This document shows positions 13,635 to 22,098 of a DNA stretch of 24,000 bases, piece by piece. The number at the start of each line of letters is the position of its first letter. Positions within the stretch are counted from its first letter, which is position 1. Where the stretch lies: sequence record PQ559666.1, one strand, 5' to 3'. The translations under genes and the position numbers were made by a program. The notes beneath the pieces are model-generated. The model did not search any database. It was given only the letters and a program-made list of their open reading frames with translations, and had not been told where the DNA came from. Source of the DNA: Arthrobacter phage Talia1610.

Positions 13635-14609
13635 ATGGCACATGAACTGGAAATCAAGGCAGATGGCACCGCGAGCATGTTCTCCGGTGAAGGCATCACC
13701 CCTTGGCACGGACTCGGAACCGTCGTTGAAGGTCTGGCTACCGCTGAGGAAGCCCTCGAACTGGCCGGACTCGACTGGGAGGTCGAAACCCGTCAGCTCT
13801 ACCAGCGGACGGCTAGCGGAGGATTTGAGGAGATCAAGGACCGCTTCTCCACCACCCGCGTCACGGACGGCAAGAGCCTTGGTATCGTCTCCGCTGGCTA
13901 TAAGGTATTCCAGAACAAGGAGTCCTTTGACTTCCTGAACCAGATCACCGACACCGGTTCCGGTGAGGCTGTCTTCTCAACCGCTGGTGCGCTGTTCGGC
14001 GGCTCCCGTACCTTCGTGACCCTGAAGATCGGGGATTCCTTCACCGTAGGCGATCAGGATGCCCACGACCTGTATCTGATGGTCACCAACTCCCACGACG
14101 CTTCCAAGGCGTTTGAAGCAGTGGTCACCCCGATCCGGGCCGTATGCAACAACACCGTCACGCTCGGCACCAAGATGGCGAAGACCCGGTGGGCACTGCG
14201 CCACAAGTCCGACCTTGCCGGGAAGATCCACGATGCACGTGACGCCCTTGAGATGGCCTTCACCTACGTCGATGCCTTCGAAGAAGAGGTCCAGAAGCTC
14301 ATCGAGATCGATGTCACCGACAAGCAGTTCCACGCTATCGCTGACAAGATCGTCCCGGAGTCCAAGCGCCAGCATGACAAGGACGTTGAGGCTCTGATGA
14401 ACATCTGGAAGCACGAGGAGACCGTGAAGATGGGCGGCGGTGAAGGCAACGCATGGGGGGCTTTCAACGCAGTCACCTACTTCACCGACCACAAGGAGTA
14501 CCGCACCAACGAGTCCCGGTTCAACTCGATCATCGGGCAGGGTACCGGGCAGGGATACGCTGAGAAGATGCGTCCCAAGGCCCAGAAGCTGCTGCTGGCT
14601 CTGGCGTAA
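13635..14609 (+). CDS. DUF932 / phage-plasmid-like protein
   Basis: TPWHGLGTVVEG, TPIRAVCNNTVTLG, RFNSIIGQGTGQG match the DUF932-type family. Confidence 0.88.
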   Translation: MAHELEIKADGTASMFSGEGITPWHGLGTVVEGLATAEEALELAGLDWEVETRQLYQRTASGGFEEIKDRFSTTRVTDGKSLGIVSAGYKVFQNKESFDFLNQITDTGSGEAVFSTAGALFGGSRTFVTLKIGDSFTVGDQDAHDLYLMVTNSHDASKAFEAVVTPIRAVCNNTVTLGTKMAKTRWALRHKSDLAGKIHDARDALEMAFTYVDAFEEEVQKLIEIDVTDKQFHAIADKIVPESKRQHDKDVEALMNIWKHEETVKMGGGEGNAWGAFNAVTYFTDHKEYRTNESRFNSIIGQGTGQGYAEKMRPKAQKLLLALA

Positions 14610-14610
14610 C

Positions 14611-14639
14611 TTGCAAATCAAAGTCTAAGATGGTAAGAT
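14611..14639 (+). promoter_or_regulatory. Promoter TTGCAA-17-TAAGAT with extended -10 (TGGTAAGAT)
   Basis: Intergenic, upstream of the gene at 14681. Confidence 0.55.
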
Positions 14640-14680
14640 GGTCCTAGAAATAGGGCCATCTTTACTGTTTAAGGGACAAA

Positions 14681-15679
14681 ATGACATGGAACGCCAAGGA
14701 GAACCACGAATGGGTTCTTGCTAGGATCAATGAGGAAGACGCTGTGCTCGTTATCGGTGACGACATCGATCACTGGATCACAGACCTGCAAGGAAAAGTC
14801 AGGCTTGTTGAAGGCTCAGACATCAAGTACTACACAGAGAACGCAGTGCCTTGCCGCATGTACACCACCATTATCCTTGAGGGTGATGTTACGGTCGATC
14901 TGTGGGAGAAGGCCCGACTGGCGGTAGGCCCTAAAGGTGTCGTACTGTGGTCTGCCCCGTACACCGATGAGAGGAAGATCGAGTTCTTCAGGGATCTCTC
15001 CGGAGTCTTCGGCTGGAAGGAAGGCACCACTGTTGCTTCCGCTGTCGCTGAGGGTAAAGACACTCCTGTCGCTGAAGACGTGACAGTCTTGATCACCACA
15101 ATCCCCACGCGTGCTGAACGCCTACAGAGGGCTGTAAACTCCGTTGTGGCTCAGACCATGCTCCCCGCTGAACTCATTATCCAGATGGATGAGGACCACA
15201 TCGGTGCACCGGCAAACCGTGATGCCGGAATTGCTAGGGTAAAGACAAAGTATGTTGCCCTGCTGGACGATGATGACTTCTTCTATGCTGACCACATTGA
15301 GACCCTGTACAAGGCTGCTCTTGAACATGACGCAGATATTGTGTACTCTTGGTTTGGAATGGATGGCGGAACTGACCCGTTCCCGGAGAACTTCGGTAAG
15401 CCTTGGGACCCGGAAAACCCGGTTCAGACCACCGTCACCACGCTCTCCAAGGTGGAGACCATCAAGAAGGCAGGCGGTTACTCCAATACCGACACCCTGA
15501 CAGAGGAAGAGCTGGAGTCCTACGCACAGGGCAACACTGTCGGTGAGGACTTCCGTATGGTTGCCAGCGCCAACAGGCAGGGAGCCAAGATCATTCACGT
15601 ACCGAAGCGCACATGGGCCTACTCCCACTGGTGGGACGGCACTCAAGGAAACACCTCAGGAAGGCCAGACCGTTGGTAA
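14681..15679 (+). CDS. GT2-like (GT-A fold) glycosyltransferase with about 120-aa N-terminal extension
   Basis: VTVLITTIPTRAERLQRAVNSVVAQTMLPAELIIQMDEDHIGAPANRDAGIARVKTKYVALLDDDDFFYADHIE is the GT-A core including the DDDD motif. Confidence 0.88.
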   Translation: MTWNAKENHEWVLARINEEDAVLVIGDDIDHWITDLQGKVRLVEGSDIKYYTENAVPCRMYTTIILEGDVTVDLWEKARLAVGPKGVVLWSAPYTDERKIEFFRDLSGVFGWKEGTTVASAVAEGKDTPVAEDVTVLITTIPTRAERLQRAVNSVVAQTMLPAELIIQMDEDHIGAPANRDAGIARVKTKYVALLDDDDFFYADHIETLYKAALEHDADIVYSWFGMDGGTDPFPENFGKPWDPENPVQTTVTTLSKVETIKKAGGYSNTDTLTEEELESYAQGNTVGEDFRMVASANRQGAKIIHVPKRTWAYSHWWDGTQGNTSGRPDRW

Positions 15680-16335
15680 GAATAAATGACCTCATTAGGA
15701 TCATTGTGCCGTCTCGTGGGAGACCGGAGAATGCACACCGGCTCCTCAAGAGGATTCAGGAGACTTCCACGGATGGTCTTTACCTGACGTTTGCAGTGGA
15801 CAGCGACGACCCTACCATCTCTGACTACCCTTCAGCATATACTGTTGAAGTATCCGGTGGAAGCATGGTCCAAGCCCTGAACGAGATTGCCGTGAGAAAC
15901 GAGAAGTACTCCGGATACGTCGCGTTCCTAGGGGACGACACTCTTCCTCACGCCGGATGGCACGAGAAGGTTACTGCGGCCCTTACGTCTCAGGATAACT
16001 CCATAGTCTATGGAAATGACCTGATACATGGGCAGAACCTCCCTACCTCTGTCTTCATGGACTACAACATTGTCCGGACTCTGGGATACATGGCTCCTCC
16101 GAACCAGAAGCAGCTCTTCGTGGACAACTACTGGAAGGCTCTGGGTGAGGCTCTGGGGACCTTGCAGTACGTTCCTGAGGCAATCATCGAGCATCTGCAT
16201 CCTATCGCCGGAAAAGCCCCTTCAGACCCTTCCTATGACCGAGCCTACAGTAATGACCGCTGGAGGGAAGACGAAGAAGCGTTCCTTGACCATATGGCGG
16301 ACCAATTCCCGAAGGATGTTGACAAACTTAGATGA
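15673..16335 (+). CDS. Second GT-A-like glycosyltransferase
   Basis: LIRIIVPSRGRPENAHRLLKRI and YVAFLGDDTLPHAGWHEKV; TTG at 15673 with AGGAAGG upstream is more plausible than the track start 15613. Confidence 0.75.
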   Translation: MVRINDLIRIIVPSRGRPENAHRLLKRIQETSTDGLYLTFAVDSDDPTISDYPSAYTVEVSGGSMVQALNEIAVRNEKYSGYVAFLGDDTLPHAGWHEKVTAALTSQDNSIVYGNDLIHGQNLPTSVFMDYNIVRTLGYMAPPNQKQLFVDNYWKALGEALGTLQYVPEAIIEHLHPIAGKAPSDPSYDRAYSNDRWREDEEAFLDHMADQFPKDVDKLR

Positions 16336-16766
16336 GTGTAGTATATTCTGGAGGAACGTTTGACCTGTTCCACATGGGCCACGTCCAGCTTTTGGCAGCT
16401 TGCCGGAAGATTGCCGGACCGGACGGAAAAGTCATCGTAGCCTTGAACCCAGACGAGTTTGTCTTTGAGTTCAAGAAGGTCAAGCCGACCATGAGTTTCG
16501 CGGAACGAATGGCTGTGCTACGATCATGTAAGTATGTGGATGAAGTGGTCCCCAACATTGGATGGCAGGATTCCACGAAAACCATACAGAAGTACGGTCC
16601 TGTGGACTTCGTTGCCATCGGTGACGACTGGGCACCTCCCAAGGATTACTACTCCCAGATGGGGTTCACCAAGGAATGGCTGGATGAGAACGAGATCACA
16701 CTCGTCTACATCGACCGTAACACCGGCATGTCCTCAACAACTATCAGGGAGCGCCTGAAAAAGTAG
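16332..16766 (+). CDS. Cytidylyltransferase, glycerol-3-phosphate cytidylyltransferase (TagD)-like
   Basis: YSGGTFDLFHMGHVQLL (HxGH) and GMSSTTIRERL (TSTT/R-type) motifs; ATGA overlap with upstream gene. Confidence 0.88.
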   Translation: MSVVYSGGTFDLFHMGHVQLLAACRKIAGPDGKVIVALNPDEFVFEFKKVKPTMSFAERMAVLRSCKYVDEVVPNIGWQDSTKTIQKYGPVDFVAIGDDWAPPKDYYSQMGFTKEWLDENEITLVYIDRNTGMSSTTIRERLKK

Positions 16767-16781
16767 TATTACTAAAGTCTG

Positions 16782-16809
16782 TTTACTTACTATTTTCTCA
16801 TGGTACACT
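16782..16809 (+). promoter_or_regulatory. Promoter-like TTTACT-16-TACACT with extended -10 (TGGTACACT)
   Basis: Intergenic before the membrane protein gene. Confidence 0.5.
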
Positions 16810-16844
16810 GGTTGGGGAGGCCACGTGTGTGACGTGGAAGTATT

Positions 16845-17135
16845 ATGTCGAAACCATCAAAACCAGATTACCAGCTAGAGTTCGTCTACAGGAAGAGTAA
16901 GTTCAAGAAGGCCATGTGGACGTATCTAGCCGTCTGGCTGGTGCTTCGAATTCTAAGGGCTGTCCTCTATCTAACGGTGGGAATAACCTACCTCGCCAGC
17001 ATCCCCGCTGCGTTCATTTTTTGGGCCAGCGGGGTATGCTTCGGCTTTGCCATCCTCACGATCATCATCTACCGCAGATCAATCAAGGTAGAAGAGATCG
17101 ACCGTGAAGTGGAGCGTATCACTAACAAACACTAA
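16845..17135 (+). CDS. Small membrane protein, two predicted TM helices
   Basis: Hydrophobic stretches AMWTYLAVWLVLRILRAVLYLTVGITYLA and ASIPAAFIFWASGVCFGFAILTIIIY. Confidence 0.75.
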   Translation: MSKPSKPDYQLEFVYRKSKFKKAMWTYLAVWLVLRILRAVLYLTVGITYLASIPAAFIFWASGVCFGFAILTIIIYRRSIKVEEIDREVERITNKH

Positions 17136-17148
17136 AGTAAAGGAAAAA

Positions 17149-18309
17149 ATGACGTACATCCATGACCTCTTGGACCTTGACGAACTCGCCCGGATGATGG
17201 ACGATAAGAGGATTTCCAAGCAGGTCCACCCTTCCCTGCCCATCTCAATCTACAACTACACGAACCGCGCCCAGTTCATGAACAAGTGGACCAAGGCCGA
17301 GCGCGTCTGCCGTGGTCTGATCATTGAGGACGGAACTGGTGAGGTTATCGCACGTGGGCCGGAGAAGTTCTTCAACTACGGACAGACTGGTGCACCTGAT
17401 ATTGCTATGACAGATCATGTCACCGTCACCCGAAAGGAGGACGGTTCGCTCGGTATCGGATGGCTCTACAAAGGCCACTACGGTATCGCAACTCGTGGAT
17501 CTTTCACGTCCGATCAGGCTCTTCACGCTACGAAGAATCTCACCAAAGACGATAAGGCAAATATCGAATACGCGGAAGAGCGGAACATTACCCGAATCTT
17601 CGAAATAGTGTACCCTGAGAACAGAATTGTTCTAGACTATGGAACTCGTGACGAACTGATACCTCTCGGAACGGTGTCCAACAATACAGGACTCATCCTT
17701 TATCGCCCTACTACAGTGTTGAAGCACGAGTACAAGATGTTGTTCTCTGAGGCTCTGGAGCTTCCTATTCCTGCCAATGAAGAGGGATATGTTCTCGACA
17801 TCCACAACGTCTACGGTATGGTGACAGGTCACGTCAAGCTCAAGGGTGAAGAGTACAAGATCCTCCACGGACTGTTGACCAACACCAACAGCCGACGCAT
17901 CTGGATTCAGATGGCAGCACGAGCATGTCACCACCTTATCCACACGGAAAAGGCGTGGGCAAACCTTGGCGGTGACCCTGAGGACTTCAAGCGTGTCAAC
18001 GTGGAAGAGGACTTCCTTGAGTCCCTGCTGTCCAACGTTCCGGACGAATTTTACGACTGGGTTACGCGCCAGATTGACAGAATGCAGGATCAGGTGGATG
18101 ATTGGAAGATACAGGCTGAATCGCTGGCAACGATCCTCAAGGGAATCGACTCTGACCGTGAACGCTATGAGGCCGTCAAGCACCACCCGCTGTGTCGAGA
18201 AATACTCCAGTTTGCAAAGACCGGAAACTTTGATACAGTGGTACTTAAATCATGGAAGCTGGTGAAGCCAGCCGGGGATGAGACCCCGTTCAAGCAGATA
18301 GAGGACTAA
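17149..18309 (+). CDS. T4 RNA ligase 1-like (Rnl1) RNA ligase
   Basis: Motif I KEDGSLG, CRGLIIEDGTGEVIARGPEKFFNYG, NEEGYVL, and later motif GHVKLKGEEY; strong AAAGGAAAAA RBS before ATG 17149. Confidence 0.88.
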   Translation: MTYIHDLLDLDELARMMDDKRISKQVHPSLPISIYNYTNRAQFMNKWTKAERVCRGLIIEDGTGEVIARGPEKFFNYGQTGAPDIAMTDHVTVTRKEDGSLGIGWLYKGHYGIATRGSFTSDQALHATKNLTKDDKANIEYAEERNITRIFEIVYPENRIVLDYGTRDELIPLGTVSNNTGLILYRPTTVLKHEYKMLFSEALELPIPANEEGYVLDIHNVYGMVTGHVKLKGEEYKILHGLLTNTNSRRIWIQMAARACHHLIHTEKAWANLGGDPEDFKRVNVEEDFLESLLSNVPDEFYDWVTRQIDRMQDQVDDWKIQAESLATILKGIDSDRERYEAVKHHPLCREILQFAKTGNFDTVVLKSWKLVKPAGDETPFKQIED

Positions 18310-18701
18310 TGAAAAAGATCATTCTTGCAGTAACAGCAGCAGCCGCTCTCGCCCTGACAGGCTGTGGAGCAGCGAACAACGGATATGCCCCCAATGGAGG
18401 CTACTCCGACTGGGATTGGGACCTGAACCGTTCCTCATCCTACAACAACCAGACCTACTGCAAGGGAGGGGTTTACAAACCCCTTCCCGGCAACCGATAC
18501 CAGTGCACCATCAAGGGACGTACCTCTGCTCCGGCAGCTCGTCCCAAGCTGATTGTGCCGCCCAAGAGCCAGCAGAAGGCCCCTGTGGTCAAGCAGAACT
18601 CAAACCCGGCACCGCCCAAGAAGTCCAACAGCAGTAGCTGGGGCTGGGGCGGAAGCAAGAGCAGCAGCAAATCCAGCTCGTCTGGATCACGAAAGAAGTA
18701 A
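18309..18701 (+). CDS. Small lipoprotein, Ser/Lys/Pro-rich C-terminus
   Basis: MKKIILAVTAAAALALTGCGAANN has a signal peptide with LTGC lipobox. Confidence 0.8.
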   Translation: MKKIILAVTAAAALALTGCGAANNGYAPNGGYSDWDWDLNRSSSYNNQTYCKGGVYKPLPGNRYQCTIKGRTSAPAARPKLIVPPKSQQKAPVVKQNSNPAPPKKSNSSSWGWGGSKSSSKSSSSGSRKK

Positions 18702-18713
18702 GAGAAAGGCAAT

Positions 18714-19661
18714 ATGACAGATCCACAAATAGTTTTAACGCGGGGGCTTCCCGCGTCCGGTAAGTCTACTTGGGCCAAGGAGTGGGTTGCCGAAGACGAA
18801 GACTGGCGCGTCCGGATCAACCGAGACGACATCCGCCATCAGATCGTCAACAAGTACTGGCCTCTGTCCCGTATGCAGGAAGACCACACCACCATCATGG
18901 AGGAGGCCATGGTCACTGCGGCGATCAAGGCCAAGGTCTCAGTAGTGATTGACGCCACGCACCTGAGGGCACCATACATCAGGCGCTGGTACGATGTGGC
19001 AAATCGTCTCGGTGTTTCTGTTTCGGTTCAGGACTTTGAGACTGACGTTGAAGAGTGTGTACGTCGTGACAATATCCGTGGGATGCTCGGCCAGAGAGCA
19101 GTAGGTGAGGAAGTCATTCGTGATCTCCACACGAGGTTCTTTGTCAAGGGTAAGCTACCAAAGATCCCGGATAACACGACTCCGGAACTCTCCGGTCGGG
19201 CATACGTCCGCAACAGGGAGCTCCCCAAGGCGGTCTGGGTCGATTTGGACGGCACCCTTGCAGAAAGGGTACACCCTCTGGCACCACTGCCTGTTAGGGG
19301 GCCGTTTGACGAAGCTCGTGTTGGTGAGGATGCCGTGATCGAGCACATTGCTGATCTGGTCCGGCTGCTTCACGCCAACGGCTACAAGATCGTTATCATG
19401 TCGGGACGCTCTACCCTGTGTCAAGCAGAGTCAGAGATGTGGCTCATCGAGAACAACATCCCGTACGATGACATCTTCATGCGTGATCCGGAACTCCACA
19501 AGAACAAGAAGGACAGCTTTGTGAAGGAAGACCTCTTCTGGACCCACGTTGCCCCGAAGTACGACATCGAGTTTGCGCTGGATGACCGTCAGCAGGTCGT
19601 GGACCACACTCGTGAGGTTCTGAACATTCCGGTGCTGCAAGTCGCTCCGGGAAACTTCTGA
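18714..19661 (+). CDS. pseT: Polynucleotide 5'-kinase / 3'-phosphatase (T4 PseT-like)
   Basis: P-loop GLPASGKST, kinase motif INRDDIR; C-terminal HAD phosphatase motif WVDLDGTLAE and IMSGRST. Confidence 0.92.
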   Translation: MTDPQIVLTRGLPASGKSTWAKEWVAEDEDWRVRINRDDIRHQIVNKYWPLSRMQEDHTTIMEEAMVTAAIKAKVSVVIDATHLRAPYIRRWYDVANRLGVSVSVQDFETDVEECVRRDNIRGMLGQRAVGEEVIRDLHTRFFVKGKLPKIPDNTTPELSGRAYVRNRELPKAVWVDLDGTLAERVHPLAPLPVRGPFDEARVGEDAVIEHIADLVRLLHANGYKIVIMSGRSTLCQAESEMWLIENNIPYDDIFMRDPELHKNKKDSFVKEDLFWTHVAPKYDIEFALDDRQQVVDHTREVLNIPVLQVAPGNF

Positions 19662-19672
19662 GTTGACATAAG

Positions 19673-19705
19673 GCGGGTCAGGGGATACCATTTCCTCTGA
19701 CCCGC
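19673..19705 (+). terminator. Intergenic hairpin, terminator-like
   Basis: GCGGGTCAGGGGA-TACCAT-TTCCTCTGACCCGC followed by TTTG. Confidence 0.65.
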
Positions 19706-19742
19706 TTTGCTGTACAATATAACTACAATCTAAGGAGGCACC

Positions 19743-19997
19743 ATGACTGCTGCAACTATGACCCGTACAGAACTCCCCGAAACCAAGAGGGATAAGCCCC
19801 AGCTTGATGCACGTTTCCGCTGTGACAAGTGCGGCGCGCAGGCCTACGTCAAGACCGTACTGACCTCCGGACTTCCTCTCTTCTGGTGTGGACACCACGC
19901 CAAGGCTTACGAGAAGGCTTTGACACCGATCACCACCGAATGGTACAGTGAAGAGGTAAGGCTGAAAGAAGACCGAAAGAAGGGAAGTGAAAACTAG
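19743..19997 (+). CDS. Small zinc-finger-like protein, DUF7455-like
   Basis: RFRCDKCGAQAYVKTVLTSGLPLFWCGHHAKAYE; AAGGAGG RBS. Confidence 0.8.
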   Translation: MTAATMTRTELPETKRDKPQLDARFRCDKCGAQAYVKTVLTSGLPLFWCGHHAKAYEKALTPITTEWYSEEVRLKEDRKKGSEN

Positions 19998-20749
19998 TGA
20001 CTGAAATCAACCTGTACCTTGTAGGAGGAGCTGTCCGTGAGATAGTTCGTGGGTATCCGGAGAAGGTGAAAGATTGGGACTTCGCTGTAGAAGCTGATTC
20101 CTTCACAGCCATGCGTGACTGGCTCAAGGAGAATGATTTTGAAATCTTCCTTGAGACCCCCGAGTACCTGACCATTCGGGCACGAGTACCGAAGCAAGGA
20201 TTCGAGTTCGCCGGAATGGATCTGAAGAATAAGACCTTCGACTTCACACTGTGCCGAACCGAATCAGACTACACCGATGGCCGTCACCCTGACCTAGTTG
20301 AGGTGGGAACCATCGAGCAGGATCTGTCACGTCGAGACTTCACCATGAACGCAATCGCCATGGACGCCACTGGGACGCTCATTGATCCGTTCAACGGGTC
20401 AGAGGACATCCAGAACAAAGTAATCCGTCTGGTGGGCGGTGAGGAGCGTCTGATGGAGGATTCTCTGAGGATGCTCCGTGCTGTTCGCTTCTCTGTCCAG
20501 CTCGGTTTCAGAATGCATGCCGACCTGTTCGAATTCCTGCACGACGGGAAGCACAAGTACCTGCTGGATGTCGTCTCCCGAGACCGAATCCGTGACGAGC
20601 TTCACAAGGCTTTCAAGATCAACACCTTGGAGACCCTTGAGACTCTGGAAAAGTTTCACTGGATGATCCCCTATCTCTTCGAAAAGGGTGACATGTGGCT
20701 TGAACCTACCTTCAAGGGTAGGAAGGGCTTGCAAAAGCCTACTGATTGA
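19997..20749 (+). CDS. cca: CCA-adding enzyme / tRNA nucleotidyltransferase-like
   Basis: YLVGGAVREIVRG, VKDWDFAVE, LSRRDFTMNAIAMDATGTLIDPFNG, and LRAVRFSVQLGF match the class II tRNA nucleotidyltransferase head. Confidence 0.92.
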   Translation: MTEINLYLVGGAVREIVRGYPEKVKDWDFAVEADSFTAMRDWLKENDFEIFLETPEYLTIRARVPKQGFEFAGMDLKNKTFDFTLCRTESDYTDGRHPDLVEVGTIEQDLSRRDFTMNAIAMDATGTLIDPFNGSEDIQNKVIRLVGGEERLMEDSLRMLRAVRFSVQLGFRMHADLFEFLHDGKHKYLLDVVSRDRIRDELHKAFKINTLETLETLEKFHWMIPYLFEKGDMWLEPTFKGRKGLQKPTD

Positions 20750-20758
20750 TGATAGAAT
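20729..20758 (+). promoter_or_regulatory. Promoter TTGCAA-18-TAGAAT with extended -10 (TGATAGAAT)
   Basis: Upstream of the PIN-PhoH gene. Confidence 0.6.
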
Positions 20759-20794
20759 AGTCAGGTAAGTCCCTCTGGGATACTACCACAGTAA

Positions 20795-22087
20795 GTGAAC
20801 AACATGGCAACCACATTTGTACTGGATACATCGGTCCTCCTCTCAGCAGGAAAGGCGGCACTGTATTCTTTCGGTGCCAACAACGTAGTCCTCCCCCTCG
20901 TAGTTGTAATTGAGCTTGAGAAGAAGCGCAATGACCCGGATCTTGGTCTTGCTGCTCGCTCTGTTCTACGTGCCCTTGATTCGCTCCGGTCTGTAGGAGA
21001 TTTGGCGGAAGGTGTCTCCCTTGGGGAGGGCTACGGTTCACTTCGAGTAGAAACGAATCACGTCCATACTCGACCACACGAGCTGGCAAACCGCAGCGAC
21101 AACGATTCGCTGATTATTTCGGTTGCCTACAATCTCGGTGAAGAGATTGATGGCGTGGTTCTGGTGTCCAAGGACATCCCCATGAAGATTATGGCTGACA
21201 TCGTTGGCGTCGAAACCGCTGACTTCGTTCCGGCTAACGTCTCCGGAGATTTCATTGACGACACAGAGGTCATTGAGGTCCCCTCATGGATCATCGATGA
21301 GGTACACGCTAACGGAACCGTCAAGATGGATCTGGACATTCCCCGTAACGTCGGTGCCATCCTCCGCTCTGAGGAAAACCCCAAGCACACCGCCATGGTA
21401 ATTGCTGGGCCGAACTACTCCTTTGACAAGGTGAAGTCCTTCAACGTCTCCGGACTGGAGTCCCGTTCTGCTGAGCAGGCTCTCGCTATTGACTACCTGA
21501 TGAATGAAGGTATCAAGATCGTCTCCCTCGGTGGTCGTGCCGGTACTGGTAAGACCACTCTAGCACTTGCTGCTGGAATTGAACAGCTCAACAAGGGAAT
21601 CTACAAGAAGATCATAGTCTTTCGTTCTATGCACGCAGTTGGCGGTGAGGAGCTTGGCTTCCTTCCCGGAACCGAAGCAGAAAAGATGGACCCATGGACA
21701 GCAGCAATCTATGACTCCCTTGGATCTTTCATGACCAAGGATCAGATCGCCAAGCTTAAGACGCGTCAGGCTATCGAAGTCCTGCCGCTGACCCACATCC
21801 GTGGACGTACGTTCAACAACGCTTTCATCCTTCTGGACGAATCCCAGAACCTTGAGCGTTCTACAATTCTAACGGCTCTGTCACGTCTTGGCAAGAACTC
21901 CAAGGCTGTCATGTCGTGGGATGTCTCCCAGCGAGACAACTTCCGCGTGGGCCGTCACGATGGTGTCTACGAAGTCACCAGCCGTCTTCTGGGTGAGCGC
22001 CTGTTCGCACACACCAGTCTCAAGAAGTCCGAACGCTCCGACGTAGCAGAGCTTGTCTCCCGCGTTCTGGATGATTTCGAAATCTAA
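20795..22087 (+). CDS. phoH: PIN domain-PhoH ATPase fusion (PhoH2-like)
   Basis: N-terminal VLDTSVLLSAGKAAL...VVIELEKKRND (PIN); Walker A GRAGTGKTTLALAAG; Walker B AFILLDESQN; alternative ATG at 20804. Confidence 0.92.
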   Translation: MNNMATTFVLDTSVLLSAGKAALYSFGANNVVLPLVVVIELEKKRNDPDLGLAARSVLRALDSLRSVGDLAEGVSLGEGYGSLRVETNHVHTRPHELANRSDNDSLIISVAYNLGEEIDGVVLVSKDIPMKIMADIVGVETADFVPANVSGDFIDDTEVIEVPSWIIDEVHANGTVKMDLDIPRNVGAILRSEENPKHTAMVIAGPNYSFDKVKSFNVSGLESRSAEQALAIDYLMNEGIKIVSLGGRAGTGKTTLALAAGIEQLNKGIYKKIIVFRSMHAVGGEELGFLPGTEAEKMDPWTAAIYDSLGSFMTKDQIAKLKTRQAIEVLPLTHIRGRTFNNAFILLDESQNLERSTILTALSRLGKNSKAVMSWDVSQRDNFRVGRHDGVYEVTSRLLGERLFAHTSLKKSERSDVAELVSRVLDDFEI

Positions 22088-22098
22088 CAAAGGAAAGT

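Noticed and set aside
13977-14621. 214-aa minus-strand ORF opposite the DUF932-type gene
   Set aside because: Fully antisense to a well-supported gene; explained by codon bias of the sense strand.
15122-15646. 174-aa minus-strand ORF
   Set aside because: Antisense to the GT2 domain, no domain signature.
17632-18186. 184-aa minus-strand ORF
   Set aside because: Antisense to the Rnl1-like ligase, no domain signature.
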